A program made the translations under genes and the position numbers. From positions 1,142 through 65,141 of the forward strand of contig CAZNLY010000011.1 in the NCBI GenBank assembly GCA_964574295.1: 64,000 nucleotides of DNA, read 5' to 3'. How positions within the stretch are numbered: the stretch's first letter is position 1; every line of letters begins with the position of its first letter. Of the stretch, positions 19,188 to 27,891 are shown piece by piece. The stretch is from an uncultured Gemmatimonadaceae bacterium (lineage in GTDB: Bacteria > Gemmatimonadota > Gemmatimonadetes > Gemmatimonadales > GWC2-71-9). Under the pieces are notes generated by a model. That model worked only from the letters and a program-made list of their open reading frames with translations, was not told where the DNA came from and searched no databases.

Positions 19188-20900
19188 CTACTGGCAGTAG
19201 GCCTTGATCATCGAGGCCACTCGCGGCTGGAACTGGTTGATGAAATCCAGGTTCTTGGCCGCGTCGGCGGGCCGCGTGGCCTGCCCGAGGGTAAAGCCCG
19301 ACTTGGCCTCCGCGAGCAGCGCCTCTTCCTTCCGGGCCAATTCGCAGGAGCGGGTGGCTTCCGCCTGCTTGTCGATGGCCGGCACCTGATAGAAGGTGGC
19401 GAGCCCGAAGAGGTAGTTCGCGCTCGGCGCCACCCGCCCGTCCGGCGCGGCCGCGGCCACCGCCTTGCGGAGCACATCGGCCGCCAGGGGGAGGTTCTGC
19501 TCCGCCGGCTGCAGCAACGGCAGCGCACCGTTGGTCAGGATCGCGGCGGCGCTCTCCTTCTGCCCGGCGTCGCCGTGCGCAATGGCGAAGTCGGTGAAGA
19601 GCATCGCCTCGGCGATCCGCTTCTGGTCGGCCAGCGACTTGGCCGCCGTGAGCGCCGGGACCACGGCCGCGGTGTCGATGGCGATCAGGCGGCTCGTGAC
19701 GGCCACGAGGCTGTCCACCGGCCCGGTCATGCCGTAGGCGGTGACCAGCTGGCCCATCAGCGTCGGGTTGTCCGGGAACTTGTCGACCCCGAGGCGCGCC
19801 CACTTGAGCAGCGCCGCGGTATCGGGCTGCGCGGCAGCGAAGACGGTGATCTTGAGGAAGTAGGTGGAGTCAGCCCGCTCCGGCGCCTCGGTGTACACGT
19901 GCTCGAGCGACTGGATGGCCTTGGGGTAGTCGCCGAGGGTGGCGTACGCGTTGCCGAGGAGGTCCCAGAGGTCGGCGTTGGACGGATCCAGCCGGAGCCC
20001 TTCCTGCGCGGCCTGCACCGCCGCGTCGGGCCGTCCGTAGCGGATGAAGATCTTGAACGCCTCCTCGCGCAGGGGCTGGTTGGTCGGCGCGGCCAGCAGC
20101 ATCTGCTGGTAGGCGTCGACCACCTTTGCCGAGTCGCCCTGGGCATCATACTGCTTGGCGAGTTCGGTCCAGGCGCGGAGGCTCTGCGGATCGCCGGTCA
20201 CGGCGGCCTGCAGGTCGGCGATCACCTCCGAGCTCGGCGCCTTCCGGGCCATGGCCAGTTGCGCGAGGCAGTATTGCGCCAGGCCGTTGTTCGGGAGGAT
20301 GGCGGTTGCCTTCTTCGCCGCCGCGGAGGCGGCGTCCGGCTTGCTCGCGCTCAGGTCCACGCACTGCTTGGCCTCGTCGGCCGACTTGACGGCGGGCGTG
20401 AGCTGGTCGGCGACCGCCTCGCCGAGCTGCTTGAGGGACTGCCCCGGCGCCTGCTTCACCACGACGACATTGCCCGCGTCGTCGTTGAGGCCCGCCAGCC
20501 GGGCGGTGACGGCGTAGCCGGTGCCGCCCTCCACCTTGGTCATCGTCGAGGCGAGGAGGACGCGCGCCTGGAGTTCCTGCGCCAGGCGACGGGCCACGAT
20601 GGGGCTCAGGATGGCGTCGAGGGGGTAGCCGTACTGCTCGAGCGCCGCCTGCATCTGCTTGACCGGGATGACCCGGTACGTGGTTCCCGCCACGCGCTCC
20701 ATCCGCAGGCGCATCGCGGTGCCGATTTCCACCGCGGCGACCGAATCGCCCTCGAGGAAGGAGTAGGGGTTGGCCACCATGAGCTTCGGCGCGGCGACGT
20801 TGCCCGTGCCGAGGCGCCGGGCGCCGGAGGGGATCTGGGCGGAGGCCTGGGTGGCCAGGATCGAGCCGAGCGCGGCGACGAGGGCAAGTCTCAGGCGCAT
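19188..20900 (-). CDS. Secreted TPR-repeat protein
   Basis: Signal peptide MRLRLALVAALGSILATQASAQ; TPR-like helices (LWDLLGNAYATLGDYPKAI); ATG 20900. Confidence 0.7.
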   Translation of the reverse strand: MRLRLALVAALGSILATQASAQIPSGARRLGTGNVAAPKLMVANPYSFLEGDSVAAVEIGTAMRLRMERVAGTTYRVIPVKQMQAALEQYGYPLDAILSPIVARRLAQELQARVLLASTMTKVEGGTGYAVTARLAGLNDDAGNVVVVKQAPGQSLKQLGEAVADQLTPAVKSADEAKQCVDLSASKPDAASAAAKKATAILPNNGLAQYCLAQLAMARKAPSSEVIADLQAAVTGDPQSLRAWTELAKQYDAQGDSAKVVDAYQQMLLAAPTNQPLREEAFKIFIRYGRPDAAVQAAQEGLRLDPSNADLWDLLGNAYATLGDYPKAIQSLEHVYTEAPERADSTYFLKITVFAAAQPDTAALLKWARLGVDKFPDNPTLMGQLVTAYGMTGPVDSLVAVTSRLIAIDTAAVVPALTAAKSLADQKRIAEAMLFTDFAIAHGDAGQKESAAAILTNGALPLLQPAEQNLPLAADVLRKAVAAAAPDGRVAPSANYLFGLATFYQVPAIDKQAEATRSCELARKEEALLAEAKSGFTLGQATRPADAAKNLDFINQFQPRVASMIKAYCQ

Positions 20901-20976
20901 TCCTGCGATCTCCGACGGGCGATGGAACGACGGGTGGACGGGATGCCAACCGGGCCGCGGCACCTCCGCGGCATCA

Positions 20977-21050
20977 TGGGCGAAGAGGGACTCGAACCCC
21001 CGACATCCTGCGTGTAAGGCAGGCGCTCTGACCAGCTGAGCTATTCGCCC
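20977..21050 (-). tRNA. tRNA-Val(TAC), CCA not encoded
   Basis: GGGCGAA/TTCGCCC acceptor stem, anticodon arm CCTGC-CTTACAC-GCAGG, T loop GGTTCGAGTCC. Confidence 0.97.
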
Positions 21051-21063
21051 CGGCGCCCGGCCA

Positions 21064-21069
21064 ATACTA
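21064..21069 (-). promoter_or_regulatory. Putative -10 (TAGTAT) for tRNA-Val
   Basis: TAGTAT 13 nt upstream of the tRNA; its TAG is the stop codon of the upstream small gene. Confidence 0.5.
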
Positions 21070-21258
21070 GAGCGCGATCCCCAATGGCAGGAAGACGCAA
21101 TACCCCAGCACCAGCAACACGGCGGCCAGGCTCGTGCTGCCGGAGGCCAGAAGCAAATAGCCCGCCGCCAGCGAGACCAGGCCACACGCCAGCAGGGCCA
21201 AGTTGCGGGGCGCCAGCGGGATAGGACGTCCGGAGGTCGCCTTGGAGGATTCGGGCAT
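21067..21258 (-). CDS. Small two-TM membrane protein (DUF3098-like)
   Basis: 63 aa, RNLALLACGLVSLAAGYLLL...SLAAVLLVLGYCVFLPLGI resembles the short DUF3098 pattern. Confidence 0.55.
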   Translation of the reverse strand: MPESSKATSGRPIPLAPRNLALLACGLVSLAAGYLLLASGSTSLAAVLLVLGYCVFLPLGIAL

Positions 21259-21269
21259 AGTCGGGAAGG

Positions 21270-22151
21270 CTAGCGGGAAGAAGGTTGGTGGTCAAGCACG
21301 TTTTCGTCCCCTTCCTCCGGTGCAATGTCCCATCCCTCGTCGAGCGCCGCCCGGCGGGGGCGGTCCCGGCGGCGGCGGGCCACATACGCGAGCGCCACCG
21401 CCGCCGCGATCACCAGCCAGATTCCGGTTCCGACCGTCCAGGTGGCCAGGCCAAACCGGAGCCGGACCGACCGGCGCCACGACTCGTCGAACCGGTCCAC
21501 GGAGAGTCCCGTGGTGGCGAGCACGGCGGCATCGAACGGGACGCCGGCCGCGAGCTGGCCCAGGAGCGGATCGAGCGTGCCTGTGGGGTTCCGTCTCCCG
21601 AGCTCGAGCACGGCCGTGGCGGCCAGCGCGTATCCGGCGTCGGCGGAGAGGCCGCTGCCGCGCAGGTGGGCATCGAGCTCCCCGAGCCCCGGCGTCTCCC
21701 CGCGGGCCACCGCCAGGTTGACCGCCAGCCGGTCGAAGACGTCCCACTGCCCGCTCGCCACCGTGGCGTACCCCTCGTCGAACCAGAGCGGCACCCGCTG
21801 CCGGACCGCGTCGTGCAGCGCCAGGTGGGCGAGCTCGTGGCGGAGGGTCCCGAGGACGTCACCGCCGTCCGCCCGGAGCACGATGGTGCGCCCCCCGGGG
21901 AACGCGGCCCCGGCACTCCATCCCGGCAGGCGGCCCCGGGTGAACTCCCGGAACTGGGCCGAATCGGCGGCCACGAACAGCCGGAGGGAACCGAGGTCGC
22001 GGCGCCCGATGCCAAGCCAGGTGGCGGGCTGGTCGGCGGCGTCCGCCAGCGCCGTGGCCAGGGCCTCCTGGTCGGGCCACGCCACCACCGTCACCCGCCC
22101 GACCGTGGTGACGCTGGGCTGCCCCTGCACGAGGAGGACGGCGAGGATCAG
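21270..22151 (-). CDS. Peptidase MA-like zinc metallopeptidase domain protein with C-terminal TM
   Basis: LRHELAH (HExxH) followed by VPLWFDEGYA; hydrophobic N-terminus; C-terminal TM and basic tail; start uncertain (CTG 22151). Confidence 0.75.
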   Translation of the reverse strand: MILAVLLVQGQPSVTTVGRVTVVAWPDQEALATALADAADQPATWLGIGRRDLGSLRLFVAADSAQFREFTRGRLPGWSAGAAFPGGRTIVLRADGGDVLGTLRHELAHLALHDAVRQRVPLWFDEGYATVASGQWDVFDRLAVNLAVARGETPGLGELDAHLRGSGLSADAGYALAATAVLELGRRNPTGTLDPLLGQLAAGVPFDAAVLATTGLSVDRFDESWRRSVRLRFGLATWTVGTGIWLVIAAAVALAYVARRRRDRPRRAALDEGWDIAPEEGDENVLDHQPSSR

Positions 22152-23020
22152 GCCGGCGAGTGTCGCGGGATCTCGCCCCCCGCCGCCGCGAGGTCCAGCA
22201 GCTCGCGGCAGCGCTTGCCCCAGGGATTGAACTTGTTGGCCTTGTGGCCGTCGGTCCACGCCTGGCGGGCCTCCTCGGGCCGTCCGGCAAACCAGAGGGC
22301 CCGGCCCAGCTCGTAGTACGCCTCGATCAGGTTCGGGCCAAGGGCCAGCGCCTTGCGGAAGAAGGTCTCCGCGTCCTCGTACATCTCGCGCTCCTGGTAG
22401 ACCAGCCCGAGGTAGTAGTGGGCATACAGGGTGGCCTTGCGGTCGTTGTCGAGCCGGATGGCGCGCGAGAGATGCTCGATCGCCTCGCCGAAGATCCGCT
22501 TCTTGAGGCAGATGTACCCGACATTGATCCGCGCCAGGGCGTTGGCCGGCTCCTTCATGAGGACGCGGGAGAAGGTGCCGAGCGCCTCATCGTACTGCTC
22601 CGCCAGCATCTGGGCCCACCCGAGCAGGGAGAGCGCCTGCGGGTCGTCCGGCGCGAGGGCCAGCGCCTTGCCGAGGGCCTGGATGGCCCCGGGAAAGTCG
22701 CCGAGCGAGATGAGGCTCCACCCCTTCTCGATGAAGGTGGAGGCGCCGAGGTGGTCGGCCTGGAGCACGGGGCGGGCGCCGGTGAACTGGGGGGCGCCCC
22801 CGCTCTCGACTTCCGCGGCGAGCTGCTTGTACTGCTCGACCAGGGTGCGGACCTGCTCCTTGAGGGCGGCGAGCTCGCCCAGCAGGCCGTCCACCCTCTT
22901 GAAGTAGCCGATGATGTCGCGCTTGAGGGCCAGGCGGTCGGGGCCGGACGGCGCGGCGGCCAGCCGCCCGGCGAGGGTGGCGTACTCGTCCCGCAGGGAG
23001 CGAAGCGGATCGGCGGTCAC
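22148..23020 (-). CDS. TPR protein with N-terminal coiled coil
   Basis: N-terminal heptad-like helix, then about 5 TPRs (ALARINVGYICLKK, AHYYLGLVY, AYYELGRAL); GTGA overlap with cheW. Confidence 0.8.
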   Translation of the reverse strand: MTADPLRSLRDEYATLAGRLAAAPSGPDRLALKRDIIGYFKRVDGLLGELAALKEQVRTLVEQYKQLAAEVESGGAPQFTGARPVLQADHLGASTFIEKGWSLISLGDFPGAIQALGKALALAPDDPQALSLLGWAQMLAEQYDEALGTFSRVLMKEPANALARINVGYICLKKRIFGEAIEHLSRAIRLDNDRKATLYAHYYLGLVYQEREMYEDAETFFRKALALGPNLIEAYYELGRALWFAGRPEEARQAWTDGHKANKFNPWGKRCRELLDLAAAGGEIPRHSPA

Positions 23021-23478
23021 GCGCCGGCGGCCGTGAGTTGCAGGCGCTCCTCGCTGCTGAAGAGCCGCCCCGCCTGGAGCAGGATGACCGTGCGTTCCGC
23101 CAGGGTGAGCACGCCGAGGATGTACTTGGCGGCCAGGCCGCGGATCATCGGCGGCGGTGCGGCCACCTTGCGGCTGTCGGTGCGCAGCACCTCCCGCACC
23201 GCGTCCACGATCATCCCCACCCGCTGGCCGTCCAGGGTCACGATCATCACCCGCGTCTCTTCGCGGTGAGGCGCCGGGGCGCCGAGGCGGGTCCGGAGGT
23301 CCACGACCGGGACCACGCCGTCGCCGTACGGCAGCACCCCCTCCAGGAATTCGGGTGCGCTCGGCACCGGGGCCGGCGCCTGGTAGCGGAGGATGCGGTC
23401 GACCTGGGATATCTCCAGGGCGAACTCCTGGCCGCCGGCCGCGAAGATGACCACCTGGATGTCGTCGCCTGTCGTCAT
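23017..23478 (-). CDS. cheW: Chemotaxis coupling protein CheW
   Basis: VVIFAAGGQEFALEISQVDRIL, PVVDLRTRLG, RVGMIVDAVREV; ATG 23478. Confidence 0.9.
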   Translation of the reverse strand: MTTGDDIQVVIFAAGGQEFALEISQVDRILRYQAPAPVPSAPEFLEGVLPYGDGVVPVVDLRTRLGAPAPHREETRVMIVTLDGQRVGMIVDAVREVLRTDSRKVAAPPPMIRGLAAKYILGVLTLAERTVILLQAGRLFSSEERLQLTAAGA

Positions 23479-23912
23479 GTGTCGCCCTTCCCGCCCAGGA
23501 GCCGCGCCCCCAGGGCCTTGAGATCGAGTATCGGCACCACCGCCCCGTCTCGGCGCGTCACCCCCAGCGCCCACGGGAGCGACTCGCCCGCCGGCACCGG
23601 CATGACCGGCTCCGCGAGCACCGCCTCCGCCTCCTCGACCTCGAGGCAGACTCGCTGGCGCCCGGCGCGCGCGAGCACGCCGATCTCCCCCCGAGGCCGG
23701 TCGCCGGCCGCGCCCCAGAGGATGTCGGAGAGGTTGACCACGGGGACGAGCCGCTCGCGAACCGCCACCACGCCCCGGAGCGCCGGTTCCGTGGCGGGGA
23801 CAGGAAATGTCGCCGCGAGGTCCACGACCTCGAGCACCTCCGCCACCTCGAGCCCGACCGGACGCCCGCCGGCGCGGACGAGGAGGTAGCGGCAGGGTTC
23901 GGTTCCGCTCAT
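23475..23912 (-). CDS. cheW: CheW-like protein (divergent)
   Basis: [35 protein letters not shown]. Confidence 0.8.
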   Translation of the reverse strand: MSGTEPCRYLLVRAGGRPVGLEVAEVLEVVDLAATFPVPATEPALRGVVAVRERLVPVVNLSDILWGAAGDRPRGEIGVLARAGRQRVCLEVEEAEAVLAEPVMPVPAGESLPWALGVTRRDGAVVPILDLKALGARLLGGKGDT

Positions 23913-24955
23913 GCGGCGTTCATCCGGGTCAGGAGGGCGGTCACCCGCTCCCCAACCTCCCCGACCGGGAGGACGAAATCGGCGCCACCCGCCGCCTGGG
24001 CGGCATTCGGCATCCCGAAGATCGTCGAGCTCTCCCGGTCCTGGGCAATCCCCTTGCCACCCGCGTCGTGGAGGACGCGCAGACCCTCGGCGCCATCGCG
24101 GCCGAGGCCGGTGAGCACCACGCCGATGGCGCGCTTGCCGAAGACGGAGGCGACGGAGCGGAAGAGGGGGTCGGCGGCGGGGCGCACGCCCCAGAGGGGA
24201 GGGCCCTGATCGAGGGCGAGGGCGATGCCGTCGGCGCCGTCCGTCACCCGCATATGATAATCCCCCGGCGCGATGTAGGCCGTGTCCGACACGAGCGGCG
24301 TGCCGTCCTCCCCCTCGACCACCGCGAGGTCGCTCTGGGCCGCGAGCCGCTCGGCAAGGCTCCGGGTGAAGCGCGGCGGCATGTGCTGGACCACGACCAC
24401 CGCGGCGTGCTGCCCACGGGCGATGCGTGGAATGACCTCCGCCAGGGCCCGCGGGCCCCCGGTCGACGCCGCGATCGCGACGCAGAACCGGGCCCGCCCC
24501 GGCAAGGCGAAGGCGCCGGCGGGGAGGTCGGGCCGGCGGGGGCGGGCCAGCACCGGGAGCCGGTGGATGTCGGCGGCGCGCGCCGCGCGGAGCGCGGCCA
24601 GCACCCGCTGGGCAAACCGGTCGCGCCCCTCCCCTTCCCGTTCCGCCTCCTTCGCCACCAGCTCCACCGCCCCGAGCTCCAGCGCGCGGATGGCTCCGGC
24701 GGTGCCCGGTCCGGCGTAGGAGGACACCACCACCACCGGGCGCGGCGCTTCCGACATCAGGTACCCGATGGCCGCCAGTCCATCCAGCTCCGGCATCTCG
24801 AGGTCCATCGTCACGAGGTCAGGCTGGTACTCGTGCACCTTGCGCAGGGCATCGAGCCCGTGCCGGGCGGTGGCCACCACGCGGAACTCGCCGGATCCGT
24901 CGATGATCTCCGTCAGCAGGCGTCGGAAGAGCGCGCTGTCGTCGGCCACCACCAC
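23909..24955 (-). CDS. cheB: Chemotaxis methylesterase CheB (REC + esterase)
   Basis: REC (ADDS...TMDLEMP); esterase triad motifs ASTGGP, QHMP, GLGRDG; start GTG 24955 or CTG 24964. Confidence 0.95.
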   Translation of the reverse strand: MVVADDSALFRRLLTEIIDGSGEFRVVATARHGLDALRKVHEYQPDLVTMDLEMPELDGLAAIGYLMSEAPRPVVVVSSYAGPGTAGAIRALELGAVELVAKEAEREGEGRDRFAQRVLAALRAARAADIHRLPVLARPRRPDLPAGAFALPGRARFCVAIAASTGGPRALAEVIPRIARGQHAAVVVVQHMPPRFTRSLAERLAAQSDLAVVEGEDGTPLVSDTAYIAPGDYHMRVTDGADGIALALDQGPPLWGVRPAADPLFRSVASVFGKRAIGVVLTGLGRDGAEGLRVLHDAGGKGIAQDRESSTIFGMPNAAQAAGGADFVLPVGEVGERVTALLTRMNAA

Positions 24956-24965
24956 CGTCGGCAGG

Positions 24966-25454
24966 CTAGAGATGGGTCACCCCCCGCCGCACGGTGGACA
25001 CCTCGATCCGCCCGTCGTCCACAAAGAGCCGGATGGTCCGACCGTAGTCGCCGCCGACGGCGCTGCCGACCAGCGGGATGTTGTGGTGGCTGAGCGCGGC
25101 GCGGGTGGCGACCAGGTTGCGTTCACCCATCTGGACGGTGCCGGCCGGTTGCAGGTTGGTGAACATCGAGGCCCCGCCCGCGAGGCGGGCGGTGATGCGG
25201 GACTGCCGCGCGCCCCGCGCCGTCATTTCCTGGAGGAGGAGCGGGACGGCGGTCTGGGGGAACTTGCCCGGCGCGGGATCCCGCCGACTCAGGGCGGGAG
25301 ACGGAAGGAGGATGTGGGCCAGCCCGCCCACCTTGGCCTCCGGGTCGTGCAGCACCACCGCCACGCAGCTCCCAAGGCCGATCGTGAGGAGGATGTCTCC
25401 CGCCCCACCCGCCCGGTACTCCGCCACCCGGACCAGGATCTCGCGCTCCCTCAT
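24966..25454 (-). CDS. cheD: Chemoreceptor glutamine deamidase CheD
   Basis: [36 protein letters not shown]. Confidence 0.95.
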   Translation of the reverse strand: MREREILVRVAEYRAGGAGDILLTIGLGSCVAVVLHDPEAKVGGLAHILLPSPALSRRDPAPGKFPQTAVPLLLQEMTARGARQSRITARLAGGASMFTNLQPAGTVQMGERNLVATRAALSHHNIPLVGSAVGGDYGRTIRLFVDDGRIEVSTVRRGVTHL

Positions 25455-26275
25455 GCGGCCCGCCGGAAGATGCGCTCGCGCGCGTCGACGAGCGTCAGCG
25501 CGTCGCGCGCCGGCCCGAGCAGGGTCTCCACCTTCCCGAGCACCAGGATCCCGTCGGGCCGCAGCGCGGCGGCAAACGCGGCGAAGAGCCGCTCCTGCGT
25601 GGCGCGGTCGAAGTAGATCACGACGTTGCGGCAGAGGATGAGGTCATAGGCGTCGGTCGGCGCGGCCTCGCGCACCAGGTCGAACCGGCGGACCTGCACC
25701 AGCCGGCGAACCCCCTCGCGCACCCGCCACCCCTCCCCGACCCGCTCGCAATATCGCTCGGTAATCCACGCCGGCGCCTCCAGGAAGGACGCCTGGGGAT
25801 AGACGCCCGACTCCGCCCGCTCGAGGCTCTCCCGGTCGATGTCGGTGGCGTCAATCCGGGGCCGGTCGCCCCAGGCGGCGTGCCCCGACTCGGCGGCCAC
25901 CTCGGCACAGAGCATCGCGAGGGTGTAGGGCTCCTCGCCCGAGGAGCACCCGGCGCTCCAGGCAGTCAACCGACCCTGCCGGGCGGCGAGGAGGGCCGGC
26001 AGCAGGTCCGCCCGAAGGCGATCCCACGTCTCGGGATTCCGGTAGAAGCGGGTGACGTTGATGGTGAGCGCATCCTTGAGCTTTTCCCATTCCTCCGGCC
26101 GCCGGTCGAGTACCGCCAGGTAGTCGGCGTAGGTGTGGACGCCGCAGGCCCGCATCCGGACCAGCAGCCGCCGCCGCAGGCACTTGTCCTTGTAGGCGTC
26201 GAGGGTGAGCCCCGCCTCGCGGGAGACGCGGCGCGTCAGGGCCCGGAACCCGTCGTCGTCCTCGAGGCGGGTCAT
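25451..26275 (-). CDS. cheR: Chemotaxis methyltransferase CheR
   Basis: LTINVTRFYRN, SAGCSSGEEPY, ATDID, ILCRNVVIYFD; ATG 26275. Confidence 0.96.
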   Translation of the reverse strand: MTRLEDDDGFRALTRRVSREAGLTLDAYKDKCLRRRLLVRMRACGVHTYADYLAVLDRRPEEWEKLKDALTINVTRFYRNPETWDRLRADLLPALLAARQGRLTAWSAGCSSGEEPYTLAMLCAEVAAESGHAAWGDRPRIDATDIDRESLERAESGVYPQASFLEAPAWITERYCERVGEGWRVREGVRRLVQVRRFDLVREAAPTDAYDLILCRNVVIYFDRATQERLFAAFAAALRPDGILVLGKVETLLGPARDALTLVDARERIFRRAA

Positions 26276-27891
26276 GCCGGAACGTCCAGGATCTCGAGGT
26301 TCGATCGCGCCAGCTGGTGCGCCGGATTGAGCTCCGCCGCGCGCCGCCAGCACTCGCGCGCCCGGTCGCGGTCCCTGCGCCGGAAGGCCAGGTTGCCGAG
26401 CTTGAAGTAGAGGTCGTCGCCGAGCTCGGGCGCGAGCTTCGCGGCCCGGTCGTACGCGTCCTGGGCTTCGTCGAATCGGCCCGCGCGATAGTGGAGGTCG
26501 CCGAGGTTCTTCGACAGCTGCGGGAGACTCGGTTCCTCGGCGAGGGCGGCCCGCAGCACCTGCTCCGCCTCGGCGAGCTCGCCCGAGGCCTCCAGGAAGA
26601 CCGCCAGGTTGTTCCGGAGGACGGGGTGCGCGGGCCAGGCGGCGACACCCTCCCGCGCCAGCGTCACGGCGCGGACCGGGTCGTCGTCCACGGCGGCCGC
26701 CAGTCCGGCGGCCCAGTACCAGAGCGGCGGCACGGGCCGCGTGCCGAGCAGCTCACGCGCGCGCGCCAGGCGCCCCTCGGCCACCTCGGCATCGTCGCGC
26801 TTGAGGGCGATGATGCCCCAGAGGAGCATCGTGCGCGCGTCGTCGCGGGCCCGCGAGGCCGCCTCCGCGGCGGCCGCCTCCGCCTCGCCGAGGCGCCCGA
26901 GGCGCTCGAGCGCCAGCGCCAGGTTGTGGAGCGTCGCCCCCTTGGGCCCGCCCTGCTCGGCCGATGCCTGCAGCGCCTCGACCGCCTCGGCCCAGCGCGC
27001 CTGCCGCAGGGCGATCAACCCGAGGTAGAACGGCGCGTTGCCCTCGCTGGGGCGGAGCTCGGCCACGCGACGGAACTCCCGTTCCGCCTCGTCGAACATG
27101 CCGGTCTTGTAGAAGGCGACGCCGAGATTGCGGTGCTCCTCGACCCGGGCGTCGTTGACCCGCTCCGACTGCTGCGTGGCGGAGGTGCCGACGCGCCGGA
27201 CGAATCCGGCGCTGAGCAGGCCGTAGATGGCCTTCCCCACCTCGAACTCGACGAGCCCCGAGGCGTCCACCACATCCTGCACGTCGTTGCGCCCATTGAG
27301 GAGTGGGAGCACCACCTCCTGCTCGTCGCTGAGGCGGACCCCGGCGTCCCTCAGCCGCGCCTGGTCGGCCTCGAAGACCAGGTCGAGGGTCGGGATCTTC
27401 TTGGCGATCACCGCCCATTCGTCCACCCGGCGGGCGCCCTCGAGCAGGAGCGACTCGGGGCTGATCGACACGAGGAAGTCCTCGCGCTCCGGCCGCACCC
27501 CCGCCTCGAAGTTGAAGGTGCCGCTGCTCCAGGTGAAGAGGAAATACACCGCCTCCTCCACCTGAACCCGGATGTGCTCCTCGAGCTCGGCCCGCGTGAT
27601 GTGCCCGAGCTCCACGAGGATCTCGCCGAGCTTGCGATCGCGGTCCGCGGCCTGCCGGTCGATGGCGGCGCGCAGCTGCACGTCGGTCAGGCGCCCGTTC
27701 CGGACGAGGAGATCCCCCAGCCGGTCCCGCCGGTTCACGATCGACGCGTAGATGATCCGGCCGTCGTCGAAGTAGGTGTAGCCGAAGTTCTGGCGGTCGG
27801 CCACCGCCAGGCAGCCGGTCTTCCGCCCGAGCGCCAGCAGCTGGATGACGTCGGGAAGGCTGGCCTCCTTGAGGCTGCCCTTGATGGCCAT
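26272..27891 (-). CDS. DUF4388 (PatA-N) protein with MshEN-like insert and C-terminal TPRs
   Basis: IKGSLKEASLPDVIQLLALGRKTG...FTWSSGTFNF...LLLEGARRVDEW; RLGDLL/KLGEIL tandem motif; TPRs (HRNLGVAFYKTG); ATG 27891. Confidence 0.85.
   Translation of the reverse strand: MAIKGSLKEASLPDVIQLLALGRKTGCLAVADRQNFGYTYFDDGRIIYASIVNRRDRLGDLLVRNGRLTDVQLRAAIDRQAADRDRKLGEILVELGHITRAELEEHIRVQVEEAVYFLFTWSSGTFNFEAGVRPEREDFLVSISPESLLLEGARRVDEWAVIAKKIPTLDLVFEADQARLRDAGVRLSDEQEVVLPLLNGRNDVQDVVDASGLVEFEVGKAIYGLLSAGFVRRVGTSATQQSERVNDARVEEHRNLGVAFYKTGMFDEAEREFRRVAELRPSEGNAPFYLGLIALRQARWAEAVEALQASAEQGGPKGATLHNLALALERLGRLGEAEAAAAEAASRARDDARTMLLWGIIALKRDDAEVAEGRLARARELLGTRPVPPLWYWAAGLAAAVDDDPVRAVTLAREGVAAWPAHPVLRNNLAVFLEASGELAEAEQVLRAALAEEPSLPQLSKNLGDLHYRAGRFDEAQDAYDRAAKLAPELGDDLYFKLGNLAFRRRDRDRARECWRRAAELNPAHQLARSNLEILDVPA

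Noticed and set aside
19067-21050. tRNA-anchored genomic island
   Set aside because: No integrase, no duplicated tRNA 3' end (att), and no visible compositional shift.
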